Positions 1-9,600 of a stretch of 33,457 nt of DNA are shown in pieces. Numbering within the stretch: the stretch's first letter is position 1; the number at the start of each line of letters is the position of its first letter. A model generated the notes under the pieces. That model was given only the letters and a program-made list of their open reading frames with translations, did not search any database and was not told where the DNA came from. The position numbers were made by a program, and so were the translations under genes. The stretch comes from a virus (taxonomy: Duplodnaviria; Caudoviricetes): the IMG/VR virus record IMGVR_UViG_3300005805_000265, positions 1-33,457 of that record. One strand, 5' to 3'.

Positions 1-185
1 CGTGGAGCGTGGACCCCTTCTTTTTTCAGGGCATCGCGCATGAGGAACCAGAACTGGCTCCACTCGACCGCCCGCATGGCCGACCGGGCTGATGCCGCGC
101 CGGATCCCTCCCGCTCGGCGAGATAGGAGTCGATGCTCCCGGCATGGCGGTAACGCCAGCCCATGATGTTCGAGAGGCGCTTCAT
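1..185 (-). CDS. hypothetical protein, partial (runs off the left end)
   Basis: Manual translation MKRLSNIMGWRYRHAGSIDSYLAERE...; its ATG overlaps the TGA of the upstream ORF (ATGA coupling at 182-185). Confidence 0.6.
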   Translation of the reverse strand, partial: MKRLSNIMGWRYRHAGSIDSYLAEREGSGAASARSAMRAVEWSQFWFLMRDALKKEGVHAP

Positions 186-553
186 TTTGCGAAACGAATC
201 CAGCGCTTCTCTTCGACTATGTAGAGACGGCCATCTGCATCGGCCTCGGCCTCGATGTAGGTCTTGACCCGGAATGCCTGGGCATCCTTGCAGCCGACCG
301 TGAGAAGCTCATCCTCCGGTCCATGCATCCTGCGTGCCTGAAGGAGGTTCTTGTTTTTCCCGATCCGGGCGACATAGAGGCGAACCCTCCGGTCGTTCCC
401 CTGGTCGGAAGCTCCCGATGTCTCGGGTGCCGTCTTCCCCATCGGCCCAGCCGCCCCCCCTTTTTCTTTTTTGGGTGAGATTCCGGGCAGGATGCGGTTG
501 ATCAGCGAGGGTTTCTCCTCAGTGGTATTGGGTTGTGGTTGTGTGGTGCTCAT
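182..553 (-). CDS. hypothetical early protein
   Basis: ORF 182..583 in the track begins with TTG; the ATG at 553 (MSTTQPQ) is the more likely start. Coupled to the downstream ORF. Confidence 0.6.
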   Translation of the reverse strand: MSTTQPQPNTTEEKPSLINRILPGISPKKEKGGAAGPMGKTAPETSGASDQGNDRRVRLYVARIGKNKNLLQARRMHGPEDELLTVGCKDAQAFRVKTYIEAEADADGRLYIVEEKRWIRFAK

Positions 554-579
554 TTTAGTGAAAATTTTCTGAGAATGGA

Positions 580-1527
580 TCAATGCCCCCCGGACACCCG
601 GCGTGATTTCGACGCCCCCCTCCCCCCCTCTGTCCGCGTCCGACTGGCCCTCTTGCGCTCGCCGGTCGTCGTCGTCGCATCGTTGACCGACTCGACGATC
701 TCGACGCTCTGGCCGGGCTCCTGGACGACTGGCGAGGCATCACCGGAGTCGTTCGGTAGGGTGGAAAGTGTATCAAGATGCGTAGCAATCCCATCCGCTA
801 CAGAGTCGGAACCATCTGAAACACCTGATTGCTCATCAGGTGCTGTCATATTCTCAGGGGATCCAGTGGGAATGACGCCAGCAGCAGGCAATGCCAGGAC
901 AAGACCGGACTCGGCAGCCGGGGCGCTCACCTCGAAGGGCTCGGCCTGCACCGCGGCGACCGGATCGGCCTCCTTTTGGGGAGCTTCTTCCCCCTGAAAA
1001 CCGGTTGCGATCACTTCAGCCTCGATCACCTTACCCTGGATCATCCTTAGATAGTCCTCGTGAGTTGGACCGCTCTGGGTGTGCTCGATCCTCGATGTTG
1101 CGCCACCTTGAGCGATAGACAGCTTGTCGCTTACAATTCCAAAGGCGACAGCCACCGTCTGTATTGGGATCTCATAAACTTCATCATTCAATCGATCGAT
1201 GCTGAGCCGTTGGAATTTCCGGCAAGACGCAATGAACTCTTCTTTGTATGTGGCTATAGCATTCGGTTCTCTTTCCACTACCGCCGAAACCGTGTGATGG
1301 CTGACCCGATAGGCCCGGCAAAGTTGCCGGACAGACAAACCCTGGGCGTATCCTTCTACGATCGACCGATAGATTGCCGGTCGCCGCTCGATAAGCCTTT
1401 CGGCGGTGAACTCTCCGCGCTTCTCCATGTTCTCCGTTCCCTCTTCTTGGCTATCCACTAAAAAAAGAGAAGGGGCGGCGGATTCCTCCGCTGCCACCTG
1501 ATCCAGAAGTGAAGGACGCTTCGCCAT
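580..1527 (-). CDS. HTH protein, terminase small subunit-like, with long acidic disordered C-terminus
   Basis: HTH-like segment QGLSVRQLCRAYRVSHHTVSAVV, then helical region and AFGIVSDKLSIAQGGATSRIEH, resembling phage TerS-like proteins. ATG at 1527 lies just after the upstream stop. Confidence 0.55.
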   Translation of the reverse strand: MAKRPSLLDQVAAEESAAPSLFLVDSQEEGTENMEKRGEFTAERLIERRPAIYRSIVEGYAQGLSVRQLCRAYRVSHHTVSAVVEREPNAIATYKEEFIASCRKFQRLSIDRLNDEVYEIPIQTVAVAFGIVSDKLSIAQGGATSRIEHTQSGPTHEDYLRMIQGKVIEAEVIATGFQGEEAPQKEADPVAAVQAEPFEVSAPAAESGLVLALPAAGVIPTGSPENMTAPDEQSGVSDGSDSVADGIATHLDTLSTLPNDSGDASPVVQEPGQSVEIVESVNDATTTTGERKRASRTRTEGGRGASKSRRVSGGH

Positions 1528-1528
1528 G

Positions 1529-1729
1529 TTATCCAACTAAGCGTCGAGCGATGAACGCATCTAGGGCAGTTTCCGAAATGCGGCGATCTTTACGGGACAA
1601 GAAGAGGACTTTCCCGAACTCACCCGCCGCAACATAGCGGGCCAGCGTGTTCAAATGGATCCCGAGCCGATCGCAGACTTCCCGGGAGGTAAGCCAGCGG
1701 GCCGGAGTGGTGGAAGTGGTCGCGCTCAT
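1529..1729 (-). CDS. excisionase-like HTH_17/MerR-type DNA-binding protein
   Basis: WLTSREVCDRLGIHLNTLARYVAAGEF...RRISETALDAFI is a typical Xis/HTH_17 pattern; ATGA coupling at 1726-1729. Confidence 0.8.
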   Translation of the reverse strand: MSATTSTTPARWLTSREVCDRLGIHLNTLARYVAAGEFGKVLFLSRKDRRISETALDAFIARRLVG

Positions 1730-1947
1730 GCCTTGCAGGCGAATCGACAGCAATCCCGGAAGACTTGCCGAGCCTTTATCGGGTCCGGCGTGCAGGCTTC
1801 ATGCCTGTTATTGACTTCCACTGTATAAAAAAAAGAAGCGCCGGGGTGGAGGGCCAGCAGCCAGGACGGTTGCCGCTTCTCCAATACCACGCGAGTTTTA
1901 CGGGTAGGCCAGACCTCTAGGCGCACCAGTTCGCCGCCTGCGATCAT
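1726..1947 (-). CDS. hypothetical protein
   Basis: 73-aa ORF with ATGA overlaps at both ends. Confidence 0.6.
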   Translation of the reverse strand: MIAGGELVRLEVWPTRKTRVVLEKRQPSWLLALHPGASFFYTVEVNNRHEACTPDPIKARQVFRDCCRFACKA

Positions 1948-2078
1948 TTCCTGCCCCTCCGATTGTTGGACCCGTAAAAAAAAGAAGCGGCGGCGGCAGA
2001 GATCGGGTCGGAGAAGATTGCCAGTGATAGGGCGACGAGCACACCGAAAAGCTCAAAGATGAAAGCGTGGGCGCTCAT
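1944..2078 (-). CDS. small membrane protein (44 aa)
   Basis: Manual translation MSAHAFIFELFGVLVALSLAIFSDPISAAAASFFYGSNNRRGRK; ATGA overlaps at both ends; one hydrophobic stretch. Confidence 0.6.
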   Translation of the reverse strand: MSAHAFIFELFGVLVALSLAIFSDPISAAAASFFYGSNNRRGRK

Positions 2079-2248
2079 TTTGATGCCTCCGTCATTACTG
2101 GCTCATGAGTTTTAACAGCGCCCGCCACATGGGTTTTAAGTATACCCCTGATTACGTCGGATCGGCTTATTCCATGGGCCTCCGCAAGCCGGTCTAGATT
2201 TTCGATCAGCTCATCAGGAGCCTCAAAGCAGATAGTCCTTTTGCTCAT
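2075..2248 (-). CDS. ribbon-helix-helix (CopG/Arc-like) regulator, Cro-position, 57 aa
   Basis: Manual translation MSKRTICFEAPDELIENLDRLAEAHGISRSDVIRGIL...; alternating beta strand and GxSRSxxIR helix motif; first gene of the leftward operon. Confidence 0.8.
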   Translation of the reverse strand: MSKRTICFEAPDELIENLDRLAEAHGISRSDVIRGILKTHVAGAVKTHEPVMTEASK

Positions 2249-2330
2249 ACAGGCGTAAGTAAAATGAGTATCTCATGAGTCGTCAATAAAAATTGTTGAG
2301 AAATATTTGAGGCACGCCGAAAGTCCTATC
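2249..2330. promoter_or_regulatory. divergent promoter/operator region (putative genetic switch)
   Basis: AT-rich gap between divergent RHH genes. Leftward TTGACG (2286-2281)-17 bp-TTTACT; rightward TTGAGA-17 bp-GAAAGT; inverted repeat ATGAG-TAT-CTCAT and palindrome CTCATGAG lie within the leftward promoter spacer. Confidence 0.5.
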
Positions 2331-2624
2331 ATGGCCAGAAGATCATCAGGAAAGGACACGCAGCCAGTTAGCACTGCCATTGATTCAGTCCTCTTTGCCG
2401 AATTGCGGAAACTGGCTGAAAAGGGAGGGATTACGGTCAACAAGTATTGCCGGATCGTCATCGAAGACGCCGTTTCAAAAGGCGTCTTTGCAGTCGAGCA
2501 AAAGACATACAGCCTTCAAACCGATAAAAACCCACAAACAATATATCCCCCGATTGAAATTGAATCCCTCCGCGCCGCTGAAAACCCGAGCCAGAACAAG
2601 CCCGGCCGCTCCGCTGGCGCATAG
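2331..2624 (+). CDS. ribbon-helix-helix (Arc-like) regulator, repressor position
   Basis: TQPVSTAIDSVLFAELRKLAEKGGITVNKYCRIVIEDAV matches the RHH pattern; ATG at 2331. Confidence 0.7.
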   Translation: MARRSSGKDTQPVSTAIDSVLFAELRKLAEKGGITVNKYCRIVIEDAVSKGVFAVEQKTYSLQTDKNPQTIYPPIEIESLRAAENPSQNKPGRSAGA

Positions 2625-2658
2625 ACCAGGACGACCCCAAAATCATCCACCTGATCCC

Positions 2659-2964
2659 ATGACCGGCCCGACATCCTACATAGTCACAGCCTTGGCTGCA
2701 ATATCACTTGTGGCCTGTAAGCCAGCGTCCCGTTATACGCTCCACGAAACGACAGATCCTAGAAACGGCAACAAAATAACACTCCTGCTTGACACCACAA
2801 AAGGCCAAGCCGCCTATCTCGGCGGATACCAGACAACAAACGGCACTTGGCTAGTCTGGAGGGGGATTGATGATTTCAACCGCGCTTACAAATTGGATTT
2901 GGAACTTAGAAAAACTGAAGAAATGCTCAGAACCAACCCCGGAGCGCCCTTAGACATTTACTGA
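2659..2964 (+). CDS. putative lipoprotein (possible superinfection exclusion / lysogenic conversion)
   Basis: MTGPTSYIVTALAAISLVAC: hydrophobic signal plus lipobox-like LVAC; ATG at 2659. Function inferred from position only. Confidence 0.6.
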   Translation: MTGPTSYIVTALAAISLVACKPASRYTLHETTDPRNGNKITLLLDTTKGQAAYLGGYQTTNGTWLVWRGIDDFNRAYKLDLELRKTEEMLRTNPGAPLDIY

Positions 2965-2965
2965 C

Positions 2966-3241
2966 ATGACCAAGAAAGACGAACGCACCGGCAACGGGCC
3001 CGGCAAAGGGAAAGCCTCTATATCGTCCACCCTCTGCGTCGAAGTCCTCGACGCTCTGGATTATCTCGCCAAGGAAAGCGAACTATCACGCGGCGGGTAT
3101 ATCTCAGCCGCAGTGACGGCCTCAGTCCTTGCCGGGACCACGTTTCCCCGCGTCACCGGGACCGGGAAAATCCCGTCGAACACACTCCAGAAAGCCCGGA
3201 AGGCCGCCGAGAAGGACGACCGCAATCGTCCGCCGAGCTAG
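2966..3241 (+). CDS. ribbon-helix-helix protein
   Basis: KASISSTLCVEVLDALDYLAKESELSRGGYISAAV matches the RHH pattern. Confidence 0.65.
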   Translation: MTKKDERTGNGPGKGKASISSTLCVEVLDALDYLAKESELSRGGYISAAVTASVLAGTTFPRVTGTGKIPSNTLQKARKAAEKDDRNRPPS

Positions 3242-3372
3242 GTTTTAAGCCGTTTCGCAGGCCATAAAGGATTTCTGAAACTTTTCTGTTGACTTCCAGT
3301 GGGAACCCGTGAGAGAGTGGAAGCCGAGCAAGAAACCGGAAGGGCCAACCGAACAAACGGGCACCGTCAAAA

Positions 3373-3552
3373 ATGCACACGCAAACCATCCGCAAAGTCA
3401 AAGACCTGGCACGCCGCGATTATCTCGAGCGCGCGGCCACCAAACAGGAACCAAAGCAAAGCACCTGCCGCGCCTGGATCGCCATCCTAAACAACCGCTG
3501 GCACTGGTCCAGCCCCTCGAACCTCCAACTCCCCAACCCATTCCGTAACTAG
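3373..3552 (+). CDS. hypothetical protein (59 aa)
   Basis: Manual translation MHTQTIRKVKDLARRDYLERAATKQEPKQSTCRAWIAILNNRWHWSS...; downstream of TTGACT at 3289-3294. Confidence 0.5.
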   Translation: MHTQTIRKVKDLARRDYLERAATKQEPKQSTCRAWIAILNNRWHWSSPSNLQLPNPFRN

Positions 3553-3599
3553 ACAACCCACCCACAACGCACCAAACTAACCACAACCCACCCACACCC

Positions 3600-4301
3600 A
3601 TGAAGATCCTAAACACCACCACCAACGAGATCGAGGCCCTAACCTACAACCCAACCGGGTCGGGCGACCAGATGGCCGATCTCTCGGCAGACGACACCAA
3701 CATCACCCGCGTCACTGGCAACTCCGACTATGATGCAGAGGCCGATCAATTCACCATCTCCTGGTGGATCGACATGATCGACAAGATGGATGAGAGGGAC
3801 GGTCTAGTCTCCGGCCTAAAAGCCAACCACCCCAATGAGGCCCAGGCGGCACTCGAAGAGATGACTCAGTGGCACTCCGGAGGAGAAACATGCGACGACG
3901 TGGAAAACCAGATCGAATTCTTGCATTATTTGTCGGGAGAATTGGACCTCATCGCAAGCCATGGATCAAACTACTATCGCGGGGAGAGTGCCCCCGATTG
4001 GTGGGACATCATCCAAGATTCGCCAGGGTCTGAGATTATCCTGGAATCTGCCACCATGGGGTCGTCCCCGAATAACGAGTGGTATGCCTTCCGCGATCGC
4101 GCTGCCGCAGTCACTCTCATTATTAGCACATTCGACCGGCAGGCATTCGTTGATAACTACACCTACGTCGACTCGGAATTCTACCGGACCGACGACCTCG
4201 AGGCCACCAAGACCGATGATGGTGAGATCGTCTACTCAATTCCGGCCGGAGTCAAGACCGCCTCCCTCGCGGAGATGATCGCCTGCGAAAGCCGATTCTA
4301 A
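3600..4301 (+). CDS. acidic hypothetical protein
   Basis: 233-aa ORF with coding-like composition, preceded by an unstructured A/C-rich leader. Confidence 0.75.
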   Translation: MKILNTTTNEIEALTYNPTGSGDQMADLSADDTNITRVTGNSDYDAEADQFTISWWIDMIDKMDERDGLVSGLKANHPNEAQAALEEMTQWHSGGETCDDVENQIEFLHYLSGELDLIASHGSNYYRGESAPDWWDIIQDSPGSEIILESATMGSSPNNEWYAFRDRAAAVTLIISTFDRQAFVDNYTYVDSEFYRTDDLEATKTDDGEIVYSIPAGVKTASLAEMIACESRF

Positions 4302-4495
4302 TGAGCCACCAGGACGCCAAGGCCACCGCGCAGCAGGTCATCCGTGACCTGCTCGCCAAGCACCCTCCGGGATTCGTCGTCATGGTCATCCGGGCACTGA
4401 CCAGGATGCAGCGAGCAAACCCCGACATCACCGTCTTCGCCCAGCCCCAGAAACCCGGCGCGACACCTCCCGAGAAACACCCACCACGGGAATGA
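4301..4495 (+). CDS. hypothetical protein
   Basis: TAATG overlap with the upstream ORF; 64 aa. Confidence 0.55.
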   Translation: MSHQDAKATAQQVIRDLLAKHPPGFVVMVIRALTRMQRANPDITVFAQPQKPGATPPEKHPPRE

Positions 4496-4521
4496 CTACC
4501 TGCGCCGCCAGCCTCGCCAAA

Positions 4522-4747
4522 GTGTAGCATACCGCGTAGCACGAGACCGCCAAAAGAGAGGAAGAAACAATTACAAATCAGGTGCTCTACCAGCTGAGCT
4601 ATACCGGCTTTGAAAGTGTTGGTGACTGGAAATCTCTGATTTTACTCTGTTGCGGTGTCAAAATGCTTCCCACTAGAAACCAATAGTTAGCACTATTGCA
4701 ACCCAGCTTGACGTGTAGCAAATCGTGTAGCAGGCTGGCGTGTAGCA
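4522..4747. mobile_element. attP with integrase arm-type sites
   Basis: GTGTAGCA 4522-4529 and GCGTAGCA 4534-4541 lie left of the core; CGTGTAGCA at 4712-4720, 4724-4732 and 4739-4747 lie right of it; inverted repeat CAATAGT-TAGC-ACTATTG at 4681-4698. Confidence 0.75.
4570..4608 (-). tRNA. 5' half of tRNA-Thr(UGU), attP core (partial tRNA)
   Basis: Minus strand GCCGGTA TA GCTC AGCTGGTA GAGC A CCTGA TTTGTAA T: acceptor 5' strand, D-arm, anticodon 5' stem and loop (anticodon TGT), after which tRNA similarity stops. Adjacent to the integrase. Confidence 0.85.
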
Positions 4748-4757
4748 AACCATTACC

Positions 4758-5996
4758 ATGAGCACCGCAGAAAGATCTGAGATCGTCGTTATTCACCGGG
4801 GCAAACGCTACACCTTATGGAGGCGTGGGGACAATCTCTATCTCCGACTCCGGAAGGGGGGACGGGCTATCTGGAAATCCCTAGGCACCGGCCTAAAAGA
4901 TCAAGCCGTGAAGCAGGCCAAGACCGAGTTGGACAAGCTGGAGAAGAACGACTGGAACCCCTCGCCCCAGAAAGCCGAGGCGACGACTACCGGCCTCGCC
5001 ACCATCGGAGATATTCTGACCCGCCTGGAGAAGAGCGCCGAGGATACCGGGATCGCCCGCCGATCCGTGCTCGACTACATCCACGGTCTCGAGCGGCTGG
5101 TCTCGGTCGTGACCAAGAGAGCGGACCCCCGGAAGGTCTCCAGCTCGATCCTCACCGAGGAGACGGCGCTCTCCTTCATCCGACGCTGCCGCACCACCGA
5201 GATCGTCGGGCCGGACGGCACCAAGAAATACCGCTCCGATGCCTCCATTCGCAGCCACCTCATCCAGGCGCGGGCCGTCTTCACCAAGGATAAGATAGGC
5301 CTCTACAAGGGGCTCCGCCTTCCCGATCTGACGGGATTTAAGACCGCCACCCCGACGCCGAAGTGGGCACCCTCGGCCAAGGGATTCACCAGGTTTGAAA
5401 AGGAGCAGGTCATGAGCATGCTGGCCGGGGCTGAAGAGCTACGCCTTGCAAGGGATCCCGTCTGGCCCTGCTGGGCTCTCATGCACAACCTCGGCGTCCG
5501 GAACAAGATGGTCTATCAGGCCAAGTGGAGCGACTTCCACGAGCAGGCTGGAGCGATCACCTTTACCACCCGCGGCGACTACCGGGAGGCCGTCACCATC
5601 CGGCTCGATGTCAGGCCCGACCTGTGGCAGCAGCTCCTAGAGTTCAAGAGCGCCACCCCAGTCGAGCGGGATGAGAATGCCGCCTACGTCGTCCCGGCCA
5701 AGAACAAGACCGAGCGCCACGACATCTGCTACAACCTGGTCAACCGCTTCTTTGAGAAACACATCCCCACTCCGAAGGGAGCGAAGAAAGCCTATCAGCT
5801 TCGCGGACAGGCCGCCTCGATCGCTTTCAAGTACCACGGAGTGGACGCAGCCATGCGGATGCTGGGTCACAAGCACGCCAGCACCACCCTGAATAATTAC
5901 GCGGAACACTTACGGGAAAGCGAAGGCATCGACCCCGCCGACCATGCTAAGTTCTACGGTATCACCCCTACAGAAACCACCACACCCACCCCATGA
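4758..5996 (+). CDS. int: tyrosine recombinase / phage integrase
   Basis: N-terminal arm-binding region (WKSLGT); catalytic R (GVRNK), YQLR (H-x-x-R variant), LGH and NNY near the C-terminus; next to attP. Confidence 0.9.
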   Translation: MSTAERSEIVVIHRGKRYTLWRRGDNLYLRLRKGGRAIWKSLGTGLKDQAVKQAKTELDKLEKNDWNPSPQKAEATTTGLATIGDILTRLEKSAEDTGIARRSVLDYIHGLERLVSVVTKRADPRKVSSSILTEETALSFIRRCRTTEIVGPDGTKKYRSDASIRSHLIQARAVFTKDKIGLYKGLRLPDLTGFKTATPTPKWAPSAKGFTRFEKEQVMSMLAGAEELRLARDPVWPCWALMHNLGVRNKMVYQAKWSDFHEQAGAITFTTRGDYREAVTIRLDVRPDLWQQLLEFKSATPVERDENAAYVVPAKNKTERHDICYNLVNRFFEKHIPTPKGAKKAYQLRGQAASIAFKYHGVDAAMRMLGHKHASTTLNNYAEHLRESEGIDPADHAKFYGITPTETTTPTP

Positions 5997-6304
5997 AGAC
6001 ACACACCACAATCCTAGCCACCCTCATCCTTGGATCACTTATCACTGCCGGTCGAGCCCAGGACTGCGATCCTGATCCCATGGCAGCCGTCGGCGCGGCC
6101 ATGATCGTCGGCGGACAGAGCACCGGCGTCGTCCCTCAGCAGATCAATGACAATGGGCGGAATGCCTGGGTCATCTCCGACGGGAAGGGCTCGGGCGTCA
6201 TCTACCAGGACAAGGGGCCGACCTACATCCAGAAGATGGGAGATACCACCTTCATCGTCCCCACTGCGAACCCTCCCGCCAGCCAGCGGAACCGCCAGCG
6301 GTAA
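5993..6304 (+). CDS. secreted hypothetical protein
   Basis: Signal peptide MKTHTTILATLILGSLITAGRA; ATGA coupling to int. Confidence 0.65.
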   Translation: MKTHTTILATLILGSLITAGRAQDCDPDPMAAVGAAMIVGGQSTGVVPQQINDNGRNAWVISDGKGSGVIYQDKGPTYIQKMGDTTFIVPTANPPASQRNRQR

Positions 6305-6321
6305 ATTGAAACTTAAATATA

Positions 6322-6600
6322 ATGAATAACGAATCTGAGATCAGGATGCAGGAAGCATGTCGGAATGTTCCAATGGATCAGCTATACAAAGGCAGGGAAC
6401 ACTTGCTTAGGGCTCTTTCAAAAGAGGAGCTGGATCGTAGAGATTTTAATAATTATCACGGCATGTATAACATGGCGAGGTTCTCCAAATACCCGCCTCA
6501 AGAAATCAGGAACCAAAATGCAGGGGTTGGTAAGAGGCCAGGATTCTGGCGGAGGATTCTTGACGATCTCACCGACGCCTATCACTGGCTAATGCGCTAG
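6322..6600 (+). CDS. hypothetical protein (lower GC)
   Basis: 92-aa ORF converging on the late operon. Confidence 0.55.
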   Translation: MNNESEIRMQEACRNVPMDQLYKGREHLLRALSKEELDRRDFNNYHGMYNMARFSKYPPQEIRNQNAGVGKRPGFWRRILDDLTDAYHWLMR

Positions 6601-6601
6601 G

Positions 6602-9600
6602 CTACCGTGGAGCGACTACCTGCGTCGCCACGGGCGGAGCGGGGGCCGTGGGAGAGACGGGTCCGGCCTGCCGGGCATCGCGGGCGGACATGGCCTGATC
6701 GCGCCATGTCGAGACGAGGTCACGGTTGCGGGCTAGGAGGCGCAGCTTGCCGATCTCTGCGGCGGCATTGCTGACCGCTATCATGGCGCTGGCCTTGGCA
6801 TCTGCCGGACCCGCTGCGAATTTCGGACTCATGGCGAGGCGGGTGTATCCCGTGAAGATGAGGGAGCCGACATCCTGCTGGTAGGCCGAGAGCTGTTCAT
6901 TGGTCAGGTCGAGTTGCTGGCCGCGCAGGGTGAGCTTGGGTCGGAGCTGATTGGGGACCACCTTGGGATTCCCCGTGTAGGAGAAGACCGACTCCATCTC
7001 GCGCAGGGCGGGAGAGGACTTGAACTGGGAGACGAATGCCGGATTCAGCATCACGTTGAAGAAGCTATTCCCCCCGTAGGAGTAGCGCTCCATCGCCTGG
7101 CCGAAGGCATCATAGCGAATGGGGAATCTCTGAGCCAGCCACGGGATCTGACTCTCGATCTGGTTAAGATTCTGGACGATGGGGCCACCGGCTCGGGCCT
7201 CGCGGACATAGTTGTCCATGAGCTTATTGACCTGCTTGATCGCGGTCGGGACATACATGCCGGGCACCGAGGCGGCGGAGTCGGCGAGGGCGGGGCCGAG
7301 CCCTTGGTTGCCAGCCGCACCCATGAAGCGGACCAGCCCCGAGAGCATCGGCTGAGATTCCAGCGTCTTCACACTGCCTGCCAGAGTGGCGGCCACATTC
7401 CCGGCGAAGACCGCAGGCTTCCCCTTCAGTCGTTCCAGACGGGTCTTGTCCCGCTCATGGACCCACTGGGCACCCATGGCGAGGGGCAGGGCCAACGGTT
7501 GAGCCCAGTCATAGGAGACGATCACATCCCCATCGAGGGGAGGCTGGGGCGTCCAGAGATTCCCCGACATCAGGAGGCGCTTCAGGGCGGTGGTATTGAT
7601 CCGGTAGCTTCCGAACCCACTCGACCGCCTCAGCTTCTCCAGATCATCGCCATCCTCGCGCATGGCCGTGACGATCCCGAGACCGGCGAGCCATGCCCCC
7701 GTACCGGAGAGACCGGCGGTGCCGAGGGTGGCACGGGTGAATGCCTCCGAGAACTTCTTCTGGTCGAACTCCTTGCTTGTCAGCACCGGGCCGAGCCCTT
7801 CCCATGCCGCATTCAGGAATCCGATGGGACTCCACTCCACCCCACGGAGCAGGATCGAGCCCGGCACCTGGGCGAAGGGGGCGATGGCCATCCCGAGGCC
7901 GAACTCCTTGGACTTCCCGAGGGTCGTCATCCAGTTCATCGCCTCGCGGACCTTGGCCATCCCGGTGGAGAGGAAGTTCGGGTCCTGATAGATGGCGCGG
8001 GCGGCCTCCATCGAGGCACGCTCCAGCATCTCCGAGGTCGGGCCGACATGGGACTCGCCGCGTGACTTGGCGGCGGAGAGTTGCTGGGCGATGGAGCCCT
8101 TGAACTGCGAAGAGTAGAAGGCCCTGTCGGCACCCGAGAGGGCGACCGAGAGAGTATTCTCCAGCAGGCGCATCACCGGAGAGGAGAAGACCGACTGACC
8201 CGTCGCCGCATTGATCTGGCCGATCTCGAACTTATTCTGGGCAGTGAGACGGCCCAGGGTGACGAGCGTCTTGACTCCCTCAGCCATCGAGGACTTGGGA
8301 GATAGGCCCTTCTGCCGGGCAAAGGAGTACCCCTGCATCACATCGACGACCGGCTGGGCCAGCCCCTTGATGCGCTCGGCCATCTCGACCGAGTTCACCG
8401 TCCGCTCTGAGCCGGTCACGCGGGAGACCAGGGGATCGGCGACATAGGCCGTCACCGCATCGGCGACACGCTCCGGAGCCCAGAGGATCAGGTTGCCCCC
8501 GACATTCTTGATGATCGTCAGGGTATTGAGGAGCATTGCCATGTTCGCGGCAGCGCGGGACTTCGTCCAGACCGAGGGAGTAACCGACTCATGGACGAGG
8601 TCGGAGACTTCGGCAGCCTTCACCATGGCGACTTCCTCCATGCCGAGCGCCTTGGCCTTCTGGTAGTCGGCGATCAGGGACTGGGCCTTGAGACTATTGG
8701 CGCGGGTCCAGATGGGAGCGCCGAGGATCTTGGCGACACCTTCGGTTGCGGCGGTATCGGAGAGGGCACCGGCATTATTCAGCTCCACGAGCTTCTGAAA
8801 CTTGGTCTTGGCCTTGCCATCCTTGGAGGCATTGAGCTTCAGCTTCAGGACATCTCCACGCTTGTTATTCTGCACGGAGGCATACCTCTTCACGAGACCG
8901 GAGGCGATGCCACCGGCTTCGGCCTTGCTGACTCCTGCCGAGACGAGAAGATCGACGATCGCCTTCACCTTCTCATCAGTGATGGCACCTCCTGAAAGGA
9001 TCTCCCTGAGCTTCAGGTTAATGTCAGTGATCGCACCCTTGTCCTTGATACCCTCCTTGATGGATTGCTTCGCCCCCAGGATAGCTTCCGTTCCGGATTG
9101 CTGGCGGGCTTCGAGAAGTTGCTGACGGAGGTCTTGGATCTCGGCGAGGGCGGCGGCTAGGCGGGGATCGCCAGCGGCCACCTTGCGGATGATATTCTGG
9201 GCATGGATCTCGATCCCCTGCGGCGTCATGCGGGTCAGGAGAGAGGCGGCTTGAGTGGCCTGACCACTGGTGGTCAGCTTCTCGCCGAGGCCAAGTAGGA
9301 GGGCACTACCATCTTCAAATCTGCCGAGCCCTTGGAGCCGACCGGCCAGCTCGAACCCCGTGGTGATCGTGTCCTTAGTGACCTGCTGACCGGAGGCGAG
9401 TTCACCCAGGATGCGAGTGAGGGCGGCGTCGATCCCGACCGCATCGACTTCGGCCTTAGCACGGGTGACTGCGGCGGCATCGGTCTGTACCTCATAGAGA
9501 GATCGGGGAGAGGCGGCGACCTCGGCCTTGATCTCGGGGGCGACATTCTCAGCGGCGGCGATAGAGCGAGCGAGCCCACGGACTTCGGGGGAAGGGGCGG

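Noticed and set aside
2380-2658. N-terminal extension of ORF 2380..2964
   Set aside because: It overlaps the RHH gene; the signal peptide begins at ATG 2659.
4570-4608. Complete functional tRNA-Thr gene
   Set aside because: The 3' anticodon stem, T-arm and acceptor 3' strand are missing; it is better explained as an att core.
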